Shown here piece after piece: positions 20,693-30,652 of a DNA stretch of 64,000 nt (positions within the stretch are counted from its first letter, which is position 1; every line of letters starts with the position of its first letter). The stretch spans positions 96,001 to 160,000 of the forward strand of contig CP046106.1 in NCBI GenBank assembly GCA_013343275.1. Reading direction: 5' to 3'. Made by a program: the position numbers and the translations under genes. The notes under the pieces are model-generated. The model was not told the origin of the DNA. It did not search any database and worked only from the letters and a program-made list of their open reading frames with translations. This stretch comes from Candidatus Nanohaloarchaea archaeon (GTDB lineage: Archaea > Nanohalarchaeota > Nanosalinia > Nanosalinales > Nanosalinaceae).

Positions 20693-21193
20693 TCAAAGAC
20701 TGTCCTGGAAGAAAGGATCCTGTTTGTCTGCTAGAGTCAGCATAGTATTGTAGAACTGGCTGTCGTAGAAATCGGAGTCCTCATCTACCTGTAGAACAAG
20801 TTCTCCGTTCTTCTTGGCACGCCCATCAAGAACGTGAAGGAACTGGAAGAAGTTCTTGTCGCCGCCATTCGATTCCATAAGCTCTGCCGCATCATCAAAA
20901 TTGTTGAAATAGGTTAGTACATCATCACAGTTCTCATAAAAACCGGAGGCTCTCATACCTGCACCGGTCAGATCGTTGTAGTCAACAGCGTCAACAGTAT
21001 CGACATCTAGTTCCCGGGGATCGGCCTCAGGAAACTCGGGGTGACGCATCTCGATACCTGCAAAATTTCTGCCTGGGCTATATTCTCCGCCGTCACGGAA
21101 ATGAAAGCCTAGAACGCCATCCATGCCTTCCTGATCCGCATACTCGAGGGCAGAATCGTAGCTTTCTTCCTCCGAAACAATATGAAACTTCAT
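20693..21193 (-). CDS. Hypothetical protein
   Basis: Acidic 166-aa ORF, host-like. Confidence 0.65.
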   Translation of the reverse strand: MKFHIVSEEESYDSALEYADQEGMDGVLGFHFRDGGEYSPGRNFAGIEMRHPEFPEADPRELDVDTVDAVDYNDLTGAGMRASGFYENCDDVLTYFNNFDDAAELMESNGGDKNFFQFLHVLDGRAKKNGELVLQVDEDSDFYDSQFYNTMLTLADKQDPFFQDSL

Positions 21194-21232
21194 ATCAAAC
21201 TCAGTAATCCAAAAACATATAAAGCAAATTGT

Positions 21233-22114
21233 TTACTTTAGAGTCACAAATCCTGTGCTGTAGAGTGCCTCCAGGTCAGGCCTGTTGGGATCAAAGCCTC
21301 CTAGGTACTCTCCAGGAAGATCCTTACACAAACTGCGCTCGCCCACGAGAAAAACATGCTCGTGATCAGGAATTGCCTCTCTGACGTTCTCCAGATGTCC
21401 TTCGATCTGCTCTTCCCTCTTCTTCTCGAAACGGCCCTGCGAGAAACCACCGCTAGAATGCTGACGGTTAACACGATCCTTAACATGCTCGATAACTTCC
21501 AGTTCTCCGGAAGCCTCACGGAAAACCTTGGTGTCGCCGGCAGAGGCTTTTACCCAGACTTTCTCCATCTCGATAAATTCAGAGACCTGATCCAGCTCGA
21601 AACTCTGGCCCGAAAACCATTCTGCCTGGAAGAAAGGCCTGAAATCCAGGAAAATATCGAAAACCTGATCCTCATCAAACAGGTATACCCCCGAGTCATC
21701 GATCTCTCTGAACTGATCTCCTGTAATCGAGTTCTTCAAACCGCTCAAATCACCGAGATCATTCCTATCGCCGGTATGATACACTGTGGCGAGGTCTCCT
21801 ACAGGAGAGTTTATGGAGTCAAGCTTGGAGATAACTCTGCGGGCCTCGTCAAATGAGAGATCCCTCCTCTCGGACTCTTCCTCGGCGTCTTCCTCTTTCT
21901 CCGTGCTTTCTGATTTAAGGCCTTCTAGCTTGTCCTCCAGCCTGTTGGCTCTCTCCTCGGCCTCCTGCTTTTTCTTTGAAAGTTTGCTTCTGCGTTCCTC
22001 CTCTGCCTCAAATCTGTTCCTCCACTTTTCTTTCTCCTCTTCCAGTTCCTCTATCCTATTCTCGAGTTCCTCTATTTTCTCCTCTTTCTCGTTTTCAGAG
22101 TTCCAGGGCCACAT
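21233..22114 (-). CDS. acVLRF1/Vms1-like peptidyl-tRNA hydrolase with N-terminal coiled coil
   Basis: HSSGGFSQGRFEKKREEQI motif. Confidence 0.85.
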   Translation of the reverse strand: MWPWNSENEKEEKIEELENRIEELEEEKEKWRNRFEAEEERRSKLSKKKQEAEERANRLEDKLEGLKSESTEKEEDAEEESERRDLSFDEARRVISKLDSINSPVGDLATVYHTGDRNDLGDLSGLKNSITGDQFREIDDSGVYLFDEDQVFDIFLDFRPFFQAEWFSGQSFELDQVSEFIEMEKVWVKASAGDTKVFREASGELEVIEHVKDRVNRQHSSGGFSQGRFEKKREEQIEGHLENVREAIPDHEHVFLVGERSLCKDLPGEYLGGFDPNRPDLEALYSTGFVTLK

Positions 22115-22222
22115 AACTACGTGTTTTCGGCCTCAGTATTTACAGGGTTTGGTGTTTCTACTGCTGGAAAACAAAAACCCTTTTAAATTTCGTTAGGGGA
22201 ATTCTGTAATAGTGGTAAAATA

Positions 22223-22516
22223 ATGCCCGAAATGACTGTTGAGGAACTTCAAGCGGATTCAGATGATGTTGAAATCAAAGGAACGATCAAAAAGCTTCCA
22301 ACCCCTAGAGCAGTATCAACTCAGTACGGCCAGAAAAGAATTACTACAGTAGTATTCGAAGATGATACAGGAGAAATCGACCTGACGCTCTGGGAAGAAG
22401 AGATCGATGCGATCGAGGAAGGAGCCGACGTAGTAATTGAAGGCGGATACGTCCGTGAATGGGCTGACGACCTCCAACTCAACATCGGAAGAGACGGCAA
22501 CATAGAGCAGGCATAA
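22223..22516 (+). CDS. ssb: Single-OB ssDNA-binding protein
   Basis: DDTGEIDLTLWEE, GYVREW..LQLNIGR. Confidence 0.9.
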   Translation: MPEMTVEELQADSDDVEIKGTIKKLPTPRAVSTQYGQKRITTVVFEDDTGEIDLTLWEEEIDAIEEGADVVIEGGYVREWADDLQLNIGRDGNIEQA

Positions 22517-22627
22517 ACTTTCGGGCCTGACCAGTATCCTTTTTCTTCCATATCTCTATTCTCTATTTCTATATTAGACGCTCACCACCGAAACAGATTT
22601 AAATTTGTGACTCGCTGGTAATAATAG

Positions 22628-23392
22628 GTGTCTCTGGTGTCAAAATCAACATTCGGCTACGGTAGCTTGATACTACCAACTTCAGTAATAGCCAGATTTG
22701 ATGATGATATAGGCCCGGCTAAACCTATCTACGATGAAGGTAAGACGCTGGGAGATGAAGGTCTTCTCAGGGATGAAGCCGTAGAGGCCTGGAAGAATGA
22801 GAAGGAGAAAGACGACGGCATCGAGATGGTGCCGGTAAAAATCCCTGGTTTCAGGAGGAATTATACTCTGGAGAAGTATGGGGGAACGATGCTGGAGGGA
22901 GAATCTGGAGACAGAGATGACTTTATCAACGGCGTAGTTATCAGAGGCCTTACCGACGAACAGTACGAAGGTATAGCAAGCACAGAGAACTACGGCAGCG
23001 AAGAGGTGCCTCCTGAAGAGATTGAGAGCTATGTTGATGGGCTTGAGATCGATGAGCCTGTTACTCTCTACACTGAGAGCGTGGATGATCGTTCCGACTA
23101 CTTCACTTCCAGAACCCGTCAGCCGACATACCATGCCAGAATACTGAAAGGCATAGAGATGCTGGGCGAAATGTATGGAGAGGAAGTAGCTCAGGAGTTT
23201 CTGGACGACTTCGAGGAAAACACCTATGAGAATCCGGTTCCTGGCAACTCCTTCAGTGAGGAGACGCCAGAGGATGACAGAAGAGAACTTAGATCAGAGC
23301 TTATGAACACGGTAAGAGCGCAGGACAGATCAATTCAGGGATTCAAGAACCTGATCGAAGGAATCGACCAGGACTACCAGCAGGCCCGCTAA
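22628..23392 (+). CDS. Gamma-glutamylcyclotransferase-like protein
   Basis: N-terminal FGYGSLI, GFRRNY, INGVV. Confidence 0.65.
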   Translation: MSLVSKSTFGYGSLILPTSVIARFDDDIGPAKPIYDEGKTLGDEGLLRDEAVEAWKNEKEKDDGIEMVPVKIPGFRRNYTLEKYGGTMLEGESGDRDDFINGVVIRGLTDEQYEGIASTENYGSEEVPPEEIESYVDGLEIDEPVTLYTESVDDRSDYFTSRTRQPTYHARILKGIEMLGEMYGEEVAQEFLDDFEENTYENPVPGNSFSEETPEDDRRELRSELMNTVRAQDRSIQGFKNLIEGIDQDYQQAR

Positions 23393-23466
23393 ACCCATTT
23401 TATCATCTTTCTTCTCTAACTCGAAAATAGTAAGACTTTTTGAAACTCAACCTTCACGGTAACAGT

Positions 23467-24552
23467 ATGGGCCTTGAAGACGAGATTCAGCGAGTAGAGG
23501 ATAAGCTTGAAGAGACTCCTGTAAACAAGGCGACCGAAAAAGAAAGAGGCCGACTGAAGGCCCGTATCGCCGAGCTGAAGGAGGAGAAGCAGCAGAAACA
23601 GAAAGGAACCGGCGAGACCTCAGGCTACGCAGTGAAGAAACAGGGAGATGCAACAGTGGCCCTGGTAGGATTTCCATCGGTAGGAAAGTCCACGCTTCTG
23701 AACCAGTTGACGAACGCAGACTCGGATACAGGGGCCTATGAGTTCACAACTCTCGATGTAGAGCCTGGCATGATGAAGCACAGAGGCGCCAATATCCAGA
23801 TACTTGACGTACCCGGACTGATCGGGGGTGCAGCAGAAGGCCGTGGAGGCGGAACGCAGGTACTTTCCGTGGTCAGGAACGCTGATCTCGTGCTGGTAAT
23901 GCTTGATCCCGAGGAGATGCGTTACGATAAGATTACCGGCGAGTTATACGATGCTGGTATCAGGGTTAACATGAGCCCGCCGGACATGAAGGTGGAGAAG
24001 AAAGGCCGTGGAGGAATCAACATATCTACAACAGTTGATCTTGATATCGAAGAGGATACTATCAAGCAGCTCATGCAGCAGAAAGGATATACTAATGCAG
24101 AAGTCGTGATTAGGGAAGAACTGGACCTCGACAGATTCATCGATGGACTGATGAGAAACAGGAAATACGTGCCGGGAATAACTGCGGTTAACAAGATGGA
24201 CTTGCTCTCTGACCCGGAAAGAGAGGAGTACAAGGAGAAGTACGATTTACTGATCTCAGCAGAAGAGGGAAAGAACCTCGACGAGCTCAGAGACATGATA
24301 TTCGAAAGCATAGGCCTTATCAGGATCTACATGAAGGAGAAAGGAGAGGAACCTGACAGGGAGGATCCGCTGATCCTTAGAGAGGGAGATACTGTTGAGA
24401 ACGCTCTTGAAGTACTGCCCGGAGATATGAAGGACCGGTTCAAAAAGGCCAAAGTTACGGGCGAAAGCTCCAAATTCCCTGAACAGAAGGTAGGCATGGA
24501 TCACGAACTTATGGACGAAGACATACTCGAACTCAACCTCCGCCACGTATAG
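23467..24552 (+). CDS. drg: DRG family GTPase
   Basis: GFPSVGKST, YEFTTL, DVPGLI, NKMD, TGS-like tail. Confidence 0.95.
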   Translation: MGLEDEIQRVEDKLEETPVNKATEKERGRLKARIAELKEEKQQKQKGTGETSGYAVKKQGDATVALVGFPSVGKSTLLNQLTNADSDTGAYEFTTLDVEPGMMKHRGANIQILDVPGLIGGAAEGRGGGTQVLSVVRNADLVLVMLDPEEMRYDKITGELYDAGIRVNMSPPDMKVEKKGRGGINISTTVDLDIEEDTIKQLMQQKGYTNAEVVIREELDLDRFIDGLMRNRKYVPGITAVNKMDLLSDPEREEYKEKYDLLISAEEGKNLDELRDMIFESIGLIRIYMKEKGEEPDREDPLILREGDTVENALEVLPGDMKDRFKKAKVTGESSKFPEQKVGMDHELMDEDILELNLRHV

Positions 24553-24649
24553 CCGAAATCTTCTTAGAACAGGCCTTATTCTCTATAAAGTGATTAAAAC
24601 CCTTCAAACATCGATTAGTTTATAAGAGTTGACCTCGGCTTTTCACTTG

Positions 24650-24763
24650 ATGATGGAGTCCGAATTCATGGACGAAGCCGGAAGACAGATCCCGGTAGAG
24701 TTCAACAACGAAGGAATCCATATGAAGATTTTCTCCTACGTTAAAGGCCTAGTCAAAGCATAA
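24650..24763 (+). CDS. Putative 37-aa microprotein
   Basis: MMESEFMDEAGRQIPVEFNNEGIHMKIFSYVKGLVKA; TTTATAAG about 25-30 bp upstream; U-rich downstream. Confidence 0.5.
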   Translation: MMESEFMDEAGRQIPVEFNNEGIHMKIFSYVKGLVKA

Positions 24764-24935
24764 GTTTTCGGCCCTTTAACCTCTCTATTTATTTTTCTAT
24801 TACCTTTATCGTATTTCGCTGTCAAAAATTCTGCTGGGGAACTAGATAGGGAATGAAAATTAGGGAATAAGAACGGAGAAATTCCGGAAATAGAAGAATT
24901 TCCTGTGAATACAGAAACTCTCCGAGTTTCGAATT

Positions 24936-25313
24936 TTACTCCTCTACAGGTACTGCGTTGACAACTCCGTTCTGTCCAGGCCTGGAAGTAATCTTGGCCT
25001 TTCCTTCGGAGGTCTCAACGATGGTTCCTTCTGTAAGTAGAGATCTTCTGACGAAGTTAGGGTTCGCAGGGTTCTCAACTACAGCCTCGATCTCTGCCTT
25101 CTTAACCTCTCCATCCTCAGCAAGGTTAACTGTCTCAGATCTCTTTGCTCTGACCTTTGTAGTATTACCCCTAGCATCCTTCACTGTAATTCTCTGCTCT
25201 CCTACCTCTGGTTCGGAGAACTCTGATCCTAGATCGTATTTTCGAGATTTCCTGTATCTACGGGTTTTACCGCCCGTCTTCTTAGTCATTGATCTTTTAT
25301 GCCAAACAGCCAT
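24936..25313 (-). CDS. rps8e: 30S ribosomal protein S8e
   Basis: KKTGG, RKYDLG, ENPANPNFVRR, TSRPGQNGVVNA. Confidence 0.97.
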   Translation of the reverse strand: MAVWHKRSMTKKTGGKTRRYRKSRKYDLGSEFSEPEVGEQRITVKDARGNTTKVRAKRSETVNLAEDGEVKKAEIEAVVENPANPNFVRRSLLTEGTIVETSEGKAKITSRPGQNGVVNAVPVEE

Positions 25314-25444
25314 AACACCAGTTCATGCGTAAAAATTTATAAAGAATCTTGATATCGAGGCCTCAAAAACCCTTGCAATCGATGGCCTCAAGTTAGGTTT
25401 ATATAAGTTGTCAGGGTTCTGTATGTTTACAGGTGTTCTAAACA

Positions 25445-25684
25445 ATGGCAGATAACAAGAGGCCTTTTGACGTTCTAGATGGGGCCAAGCAAGGAAACGT
25501 ACTAGTAAAGCTAAAAGCATACGGAAGAGATCAGGAACCTACAGTTTCAGGAGAACTTCAGGCATTTGACAAGCATCTTAACATCTGGCTTGAGAATGCT
25601 TCCGTAAAGACAGAAGATGGACAGACAGACTACGGAAAGCTCTTCGTCAGAGGAGACAACGTACTGTTCGTCAGTCCAGAATAA
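25445..25684 (+). CDS. Sm-like (Lsm/SmAP) RNA-binding protein
   Basis: RPFDVL, GELQAFDKHLNI, VRGDNVLFVSP; upstream of L37e as in most archaea. Confidence 0.92.
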   Translation: MADNKRPFDVLDGAKQGNVLVKLKAYGRDQEPTVSGELQAFDKHLNIWLENASVKTEDGQTDYGKLFVRGDNVLFVSPE

Positions 25685-25701
25685 ATTAACGTGATCATAC
25701 A

Positions 25702-25863
25702 ATGGGATTGAACAAAGGTAAACGGAACAAGAAAAGCCACGGCAAATGCCGCAGATGTGGCAAGAAAGCCTTCCACCTCAGAAAGAAGGAATGCGCAGCA
25801 TGTGGCTTCGGAAAGACCTCGAAGAGAAACGACTTTGACAAGGCAAAGCCACGGAAAGACTGA
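25702..25863 (+). CDS. rpl37e: 50S ribosomal protein L37e
   Basis: Manual translation [37 protein letters not shown]...; below the ORF-track cutoff. Confidence 0.95.
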   Translation: MGLNKGKRNKKSHGKCRRCGKKAFHLRKKECAACGFGKTSKRNDFDKAKPRKD

Positions 25864-26084
25864 TGGCAGAATTCGAAGTAATCCTGTTAACTGAATCCGG
25901 CGACTTCCTGCTGGAGAAGGAAGAACACCTGCACAGAGAGGGTAAAGGGGTAGAGGCTCAGCAACCGCACGTAATGACGGAAGACGAGAAAGCCCACCGG
26001 ATTGCGGCCCACGAAATATTCGTCCCTTACAGCTCTCTACAGAACATTCAGTTCGGTAATTTCGAGCAGGAAACCGTTGACTAA
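25863..26084 (+). CDS. Small hypothetical protein
   Basis: TGATG coupling to rpl37e. Confidence 0.7.
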   Translation: MAEFEVILLTESGDFLLEKEEHLHREGKGVEAQQPHVMTEDEKAHRIAAHEIFVPYSSLQNIQFGNFEQETVD

Positions 26085-26135
26085 CAGGGATTACTTAAAT
26101 TCTACCATCTCATTTTTCTACATACCTTACCATAA

Positions 26136-26209
26136 GGGCTCGTAGCTCAGTCTGGCAGAGCACCGGCCTTTTAAGCCGGTAGTCGCGGGTTCAAATCCCG
26201 TCGAGCCCA
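26136..26209 (+). tRNA. tRNA-Lys(TTT)
   Basis: Cloverleaf; anticodon arm CCGGC-CTTTTAA-GCCGG; T-loop TTCAAAT. Confidence 0.97.
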
Positions 26210-26222
26210 ATCGTTATTCAGA

Positions 26223-26624
26223 TCATTCTTGAGGGAAAGGTCTTTCTGGTTCGATAGCTTCAACAGGATACCTATCTACTAGCTCTATAATGCTTTCCGG
26301 TTCCGGAAGTTTGAGTGTGTAAGAATGAAATCCAAGAGGATCCAGTAAATATTTTTGTCCTTCAAGCTCTATTGAAGCAGTCTGTTTAAGATTTCTCTCC
26401 TCCTTGTGAATATCGTCCGAGCTTCTATCGGACGATTCAATGGGAGATCCTTGAGCTAAGTCTAATCCCTCATAATCCGGAATCAGCTCATTCACAGATT
26501 GGGAATCTTCGAAACGGATAAAAACCTCTACGCCTCCCCTTTCGAAAAACTCCTCGAACTCGCTGTCAAAGTAGTCTAAGTCATATTCCTCCTCAACCTT
26601 ATCGAGGTTAAAATCTAGAGACAT
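26223..26624 (-). CDS. Hypothetical protein
   Basis: Acidic 133-aa ORF convergent on tRNA-Lys. Confidence 0.6.
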   Translation of the reverse strand: MSLDFNLDKVEEEYDLDYFDSEFEEFFERGGVEVFIRFEDSQSVNELIPDYEGLDLAQGSPIESSDRSSDDIHKEERNLKQTASIELEGQKYLLDPLGFHSYTLKLPEPESIIELVDRYPVEAIEPERPFPQE

Positions 26625-26691
26625 AGAGCTTTATACTGTATCAAATATTAAATCTGTGGCTACGTAGTATGGATTCTAGAGTAATTTCTCT

Positions 26692-27165
26692 CTAGAACTG
26701 GAAGCTTCTTTTGATCATTCTTGTGATACGTGTCATCTTGGCGGATAGATCCAGGTTCCGGATGATTGCCAGGCCTGCTGTGGCTTTTTCTCCGGCGATT
26801 TCCTGCTCAAGTACTCCGCCCATCTCAAGCTCCTCGGCGATGCTCAATGCAGGTATCACCATTAATATGTCCAGCCAGTGATCTTCCACAAATTTTGTGT
26901 TCGACTTCGCCAGCCGGAAACCTATTCCCAGTCGGGCTGCGAAGAAGACTATCACAATCCAGTTAAAGTAGTTGATATAGGCCTCTGCAGTTGATCCGAG
27001 ACTGAAGAACTGGAAAAATACTACAAAGGCCATCAGGATCAGTGCAAGAGGCAGAAAATAATCCAGTACAGACTTCAGACGGGAGGCCGACTTCTTGGAG
27101 GTAATCAGGCTTACGGACTCCTCAACGTTCCGAACCTTTTCGCCGTACTCATCATTCAGTCCCAC
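26692..27165 (-). CDS. Membrane protein resembling the S1-S4 (sensor) part of ion-transport proteins
   Basis: TM helices, FVEDHWLDILMVIP, basic RITRMIKR helix; no pore domain. Confidence 0.55.
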   Translation of the reverse strand: MGLNDEYGEKVRNVEESVSLITSKKSASRLKSVLDYFLPLALILMAFVVFFQFFSLGSTAEAYINYFNWIVIVFFAARLGIGFRLAKSNTKFVEDHWLDILMVIPALSIAEELEMGGVLEQEIAGEKATAGLAIIRNLDLSAKMTRITRMIKRSFQF

Positions 27166-27259
27166 TACAGAGAATAATTAGATAAAACCCGAATAAAAAT
27201 AATGTGCCGTGGCGTTGCATTAAAAATACTTACCCGTCAACACTACTACACAGCCCAAA

Positions 27260-27334
27260 GGACCGGTAGCTTAGCCAGGTTATAGCGCCACGCTGATAAC
27301 GTGGAGATCCCCAGTTCAAATCTGGGCCGGTCCA
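27260..27334 (+). tRNA. tRNA-Ile(GAT), integration target
   Basis: Cloverleaf; anticodon arm CCACG-CTGATAA-CGTGG. Confidence 0.97.
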
Positions 27335-27350
27335 TCAACCTCTCTGTTCA
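27324..27350 (+). repeat. att site 1: core GGGCCGGTCCA (27324-27334) plus arm TCAACCTCTCTGTTCA
   Basis: Core equals the tRNA-Ile 3' end and recurs at 44487 and 45905; arm is a 14/16 inverted match to 44467-44482. Confidence 0.9.
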
Positions 27351-27394
27351 ATTACTGTAAAGTTCTTATAAGGACCTTCTTCGCCTTCTAAAAT

Positions 27395-28831
27395 ATGGAT
27401 AAAACAAAAGCAGAAGGCGTAAAGAGGGCAAAAATGGCATTTGACTCACTGGGGCAAACTAATCAAAAACTCGCAAAGAATCCAGATCTATCAGAGCATA
27501 ACAAAGAGGTTCTGGATGACTTCTTCAGAAAATCCAGAAGTGGAGGAGCAGGCTCTGCAACACTAAGAGACTACAGCTCCAGGTTCAACAAACTAGCAGA
27601 AGAAATAGATTTCCAGTTAGATAATCCCTCCCAGAGAGACTTAGAGGAATTAGTATCTAAGTTCAATACTGATGAGATCAGGAAAAACAATGGAGAGAAA
27701 TACTCAGACTACTCAAAGGATAAATTCTGGTCCACACTTTCTAAGTTCTACAACTGGTTCATCAAGAAAGAAGGCAAAGGATACAATGAGGACATAGATG
27801 GGCCTAACCTGCTAGAGGACCTGGAAATCAGTATAGATCTCTCAACAGAAGTAGATCCTGATACCAAACCCTCACCTGAACAGGTAAAGAAGGTAGCAAA
27901 CCACGCTAACAACCTGAGAGACAGAGCAATAATCCTGTTCTGTTGGGCTACAGGAACTAGAGTTGGAGAAGTTTTCACAACTCAATATGATGATGAACCT
28001 TTGACCTGGAGGGACATAGATTTCAATGGAGACAAAATGTGGGTGACTGTGGATGGCAAGACAGGGGAGAGAACCATCCCTGTAAAGACTTCCATGCCTG
28101 TTATGAAAGAGCTATGGGAGGAAAGCAATGCCTCACTGGATGACCCTGTCTTCTTCAAGCAGAATAGAACCTATTGCTGTCCCAAATGCTCAGGAGAAGT
28201 CAACTTAGCTTCAAGCAACACCACTAAAGAATACAAGAAATACAAATGCCCTGCCTGTGAATGGGAAGGAGACTATTCTCAGGTAGAGAAAGAAGTTCAA
28301 CCACTTACAGATAATGCAGTGAGAAGAATCCTGGAGAGAACTGTAGAAAGAGCAGGCCTAAATAATGAGCTTGATGATAATCCTCATGACTTTTTCAGGA
28401 AAGCCAGAGCTATATACAAGGTTAGAATAGGGAATACAGAGCATCAGCTCAGAGCTTTCTTTGGATGGAGTGAAACCAGTGATGCACCAAAACACTACAT
28501 TGCCCTGGTAAAAGAAGATCTAGAAAAGGCCCTGGCAGAGGAATATGGAGAAGAAGTAGAGTATGAAAATGGATATGATGAAGATGCATTAAGGCCTGTA
28601 GAATGTGAGAACTGTGGCAAGATCTGCTCTGCTACTGAAGACATCTGCAAAGACTGTGGTAATGGATTGACAGAGCAAGGAGAAGAACTCACTCAAGATA
28701 GTTCAGATGATCAGGATATGAGAGATTCCTTCATTGATATTGCCAGGGAGAGAGGGATGGATACAGAGGACTTTGATGAGATGCTAGACATGTCTGTAGC
28801 AGAGTTCATGGAGTTCATGGCAGAAAATTAA
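27395..28831 (+). CDS. int: Tyrosine recombinase/integrase with inserted and C-terminal Zn ribbons (SNJ2-like architecture)
   Basis: TGTRVGE (R), GKTGER (K), PHDFFRKA (H..R), FFGWSETSDAPKHY (W, Y); CPKC..CPAC insert; CENC..CKDC tail. Confidence 0.92.
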   Translation: MDKTKAEGVKRAKMAFDSLGQTNQKLAKNPDLSEHNKEVLDDFFRKSRSGGAGSATLRDYSSRFNKLAEEIDFQLDNPSQRDLEELVSKFNTDEIRKNNGEKYSDYSKDKFWSTLSKFYNWFIKKEGKGYNEDIDGPNLLEDLEISIDLSTEVDPDTKPSPEQVKKVANHANNLRDRAIILFCWATGTRVGEVFTTQYDDEPLTWRDIDFNGDKMWVTVDGKTGERTIPVKTSMPVMKELWEESNASLDDPVFFKQNRTYCCPKCSGEVNLASSNTTKEYKKYKCPACEWEGDYSQVEKEVQPLTDNAVRRILERTVERAGLNNELDDNPHDFFRKARAIYKVRIGNTEHQLRAFFGWSETSDAPKHYIALVKEDLEKALAEEYGEEVEYENGYDEDALRPVECENCGKICSATEDICKDCGNGLTEQGEELTQDSSDDQDMRDSFIDIARERGMDTEDFDEMLDMSVAEFMEFMAEN

Positions 28832-29427
28832 TCTATTCCTATGTTAGGAGCAACTGAAACTTCTTCTAAATCATCTATTTCTATTTTTTGTCTAACCCCT
28901 TTTCCTTTCAAAGGTTTAACTACCAGGTAAACTTCTTCTCCTTCTCTATTTAGAGGTTGTCTCTTCTTTATTTGTTCTTTATCGTGTTTGGAGTTATTTT
29001 CAGAATTGTGGGAATAATAATCTCCCTCTATTTTAACTATGCTAAACGCCTCTGCAGTTTCTCCTGAATAAATGTCTCTTTTTCTTTTGTAACCTGGATC
29101 TAGATGAAATTCGTCAAAAACTAGAAATGTCTTCTGCCTGCTTCCTTTACTATTAGGTCCATGTTTGATGTATAGATAAGCCTTGCACTTTTCAGCAGTA
29201 TTCCTTTCTATTATAGATAAACCTCTTGTATTCTTGATCCCAAAAGAGAATTTCTCTATAGTGCCATCCTCAACTGATATATTTCTCTTATATACCTTTT
29301 CAAGCTCTAGCTTTGGCCTTTTAAGCCATTCATTGATGAATACAGATACAAATGCACTAACAAATATTGTGATTACTGAGCTAATTCCTATGCTACTTGT
29401 TGCCAGAACTAATAGATCATCAATCAA
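28828..29427 (-). CDS. Membrane-anchored hypothetical protein (cargo)
   Basis: N-terminal TM then beta-rich domain; 4-bp overlaps with neighbours. Confidence 0.65.
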   Translation of the reverse strand: MIDDLLVLATSSIGISSVITIFVSAFVSVFINEWLKRPKLELEKVYKRNISVEDGTIEKFSFGIKNTRGLSIIERNTAEKCKAYLYIKHGPNSKGSRQKTFLVFDEFHLDPGYKRKRDIYSGETAEAFSIVKIEGDYYSHNSENNSKHDKEQIKKRQPLNREGEEVYLVVKPLKGKGVRQKIEIDDLEEVSVAPNIGID

Positions 29428-30095
29428 GGGTTGCCCTCCTGATTTAACTCATCAACCATTGAATCCTCAATTCCAAACCAGCTCTCATAAATTTTAATTG
29501 CCTGATCAACTCGATCATAACTATCTATACCTTTGTCATTCTCAGGTGAGAAGGCCTCTATGTTGTGAGCATAGTCGTTCCTATACATTCTTATTTCATT
29601 CATTACTGAATACTCATTTTCTGAGAGAATACCATGAATCCTAGCTAGAGTTAACTTTCTTTCAAAATTCATATCGTCAAGGAATGAAGTGGAGCCATTG
29701 GTTCCTTTTTCCTCTTTCACCTCTTCCATGTGTTCTTCCAGGCTTTCTGTGACAGCAGACTCAAAGAAAGTTGAAAGCAAGATAACTACTACACTGTATT
29801 CCTCTCTCAAGTAGGATTGCTTTAGAGTATTATAGTGCCAATGTTTGGGTTCAAGTTCTAGAGAACCTAAAATTTCAGAGAAATCTGGGATATCAGGGAC
29901 TAAAAGACTAGGATCTGGTATAGCCTTGGACATCTGGTCTAAAGAGTTCTGCATCTTTAAGGCTCCATGAAGTGCATCTCCAGATTGTAAGGCTCTATGA
30001 ATTACATCCATCTGGCTTTGGAGATTATTTATACCTGCTAGAAAGTTAGAATTTGAACTATTATTTTCGTTGTCTTCTGAATTATTTTCTGTCAT
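29424..30095 (-). CDS. HEPN-domain protein (putative RNase)
   Basis: VILLSTFFE helix and RxxxxH motif RNDYAH. Confidence 0.7.
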   Translation of the reverse strand: MTENNSEDNENNSSNSNFLAGINNLQSQMDVIHRALQSGDALHGALKMQNSLDQMSKAIPDPSLLVPDIPDFSEILGSLELEPKHWHYNTLKQSYLREEYSVVVILLSTFFESAVTESLEEHMEEVKEEKGTNGSTSFLDDMNFERKLTLARIHGILSENEYSVMNEIRMYRNDYAHNIEAFSPENDKGIDSYDRVDQAIKIYESWFGIEDSMVDELNQEGNP

Positions 30096-30544
30096 TTAGA
30101 CACCTCTTGATGGTTTTTCTCCACTAAGATAAATCCTACTAATCCTGCTAAGAGGACTAATAGAATCATAATTACTCGAATAAGCAAAGCTAAGAATTCT
30201 CCAAGTAGCTCTCCTGTTGTACCTAACGATCCAATCTCATAGCTGGATGAGGTAGAGACAATTATTCCTCCTGCTACACCTGCTACAATGCTTTTGGCAT
30301 ATTTTAGAGTTTCTTCTGTGAAATCATGGTATATATCGAAGATTGAAAGATTTAGCTGAACAAGAGCTGAACTTAATGAGAGTACTACTAAAAAGACAGC
30401 AAGATATATTGCTAAAACTGGAGGTATAACTTCTGGGAAATATTTAGCTCCTATATAGAGTAATCCTTCGATTAATGCAAAAATTATCAGTACCTTGGTA
30501 AATATAGAGAGTTCTAAGTTCTTCAGCCTGCTAGAGATATTCAC
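30092..30544 (-). CDS. 4-TM membrane protein (cargo)
   Basis: Hydrophobic profile; coupled to the HEPN gene. Confidence 0.65.
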   Translation of the reverse strand: MNISSRLKNLELSIFTKVLIIFALIEGLLYIGAKYFPEVIPPVLAIYLAVFLVVLSLSSALVQLNLSIFDIYHDFTEETLKYAKSIVAGVAGGIIVSTSSSYEIGSLGTTGELLGEFLALLIRVIMILLVLLAGLVGFILVEKNHQEVSK

Positions 30545-30652
30545 AAATGGTAATTGAAACTATACTATTTTCAGTTTTTACATGGAATAAGCTAAAAGCT
30601 CCTTCTTTATGGTAGGAGCAGATATTAGTTAGTTTATAATGAATTAATCTAT

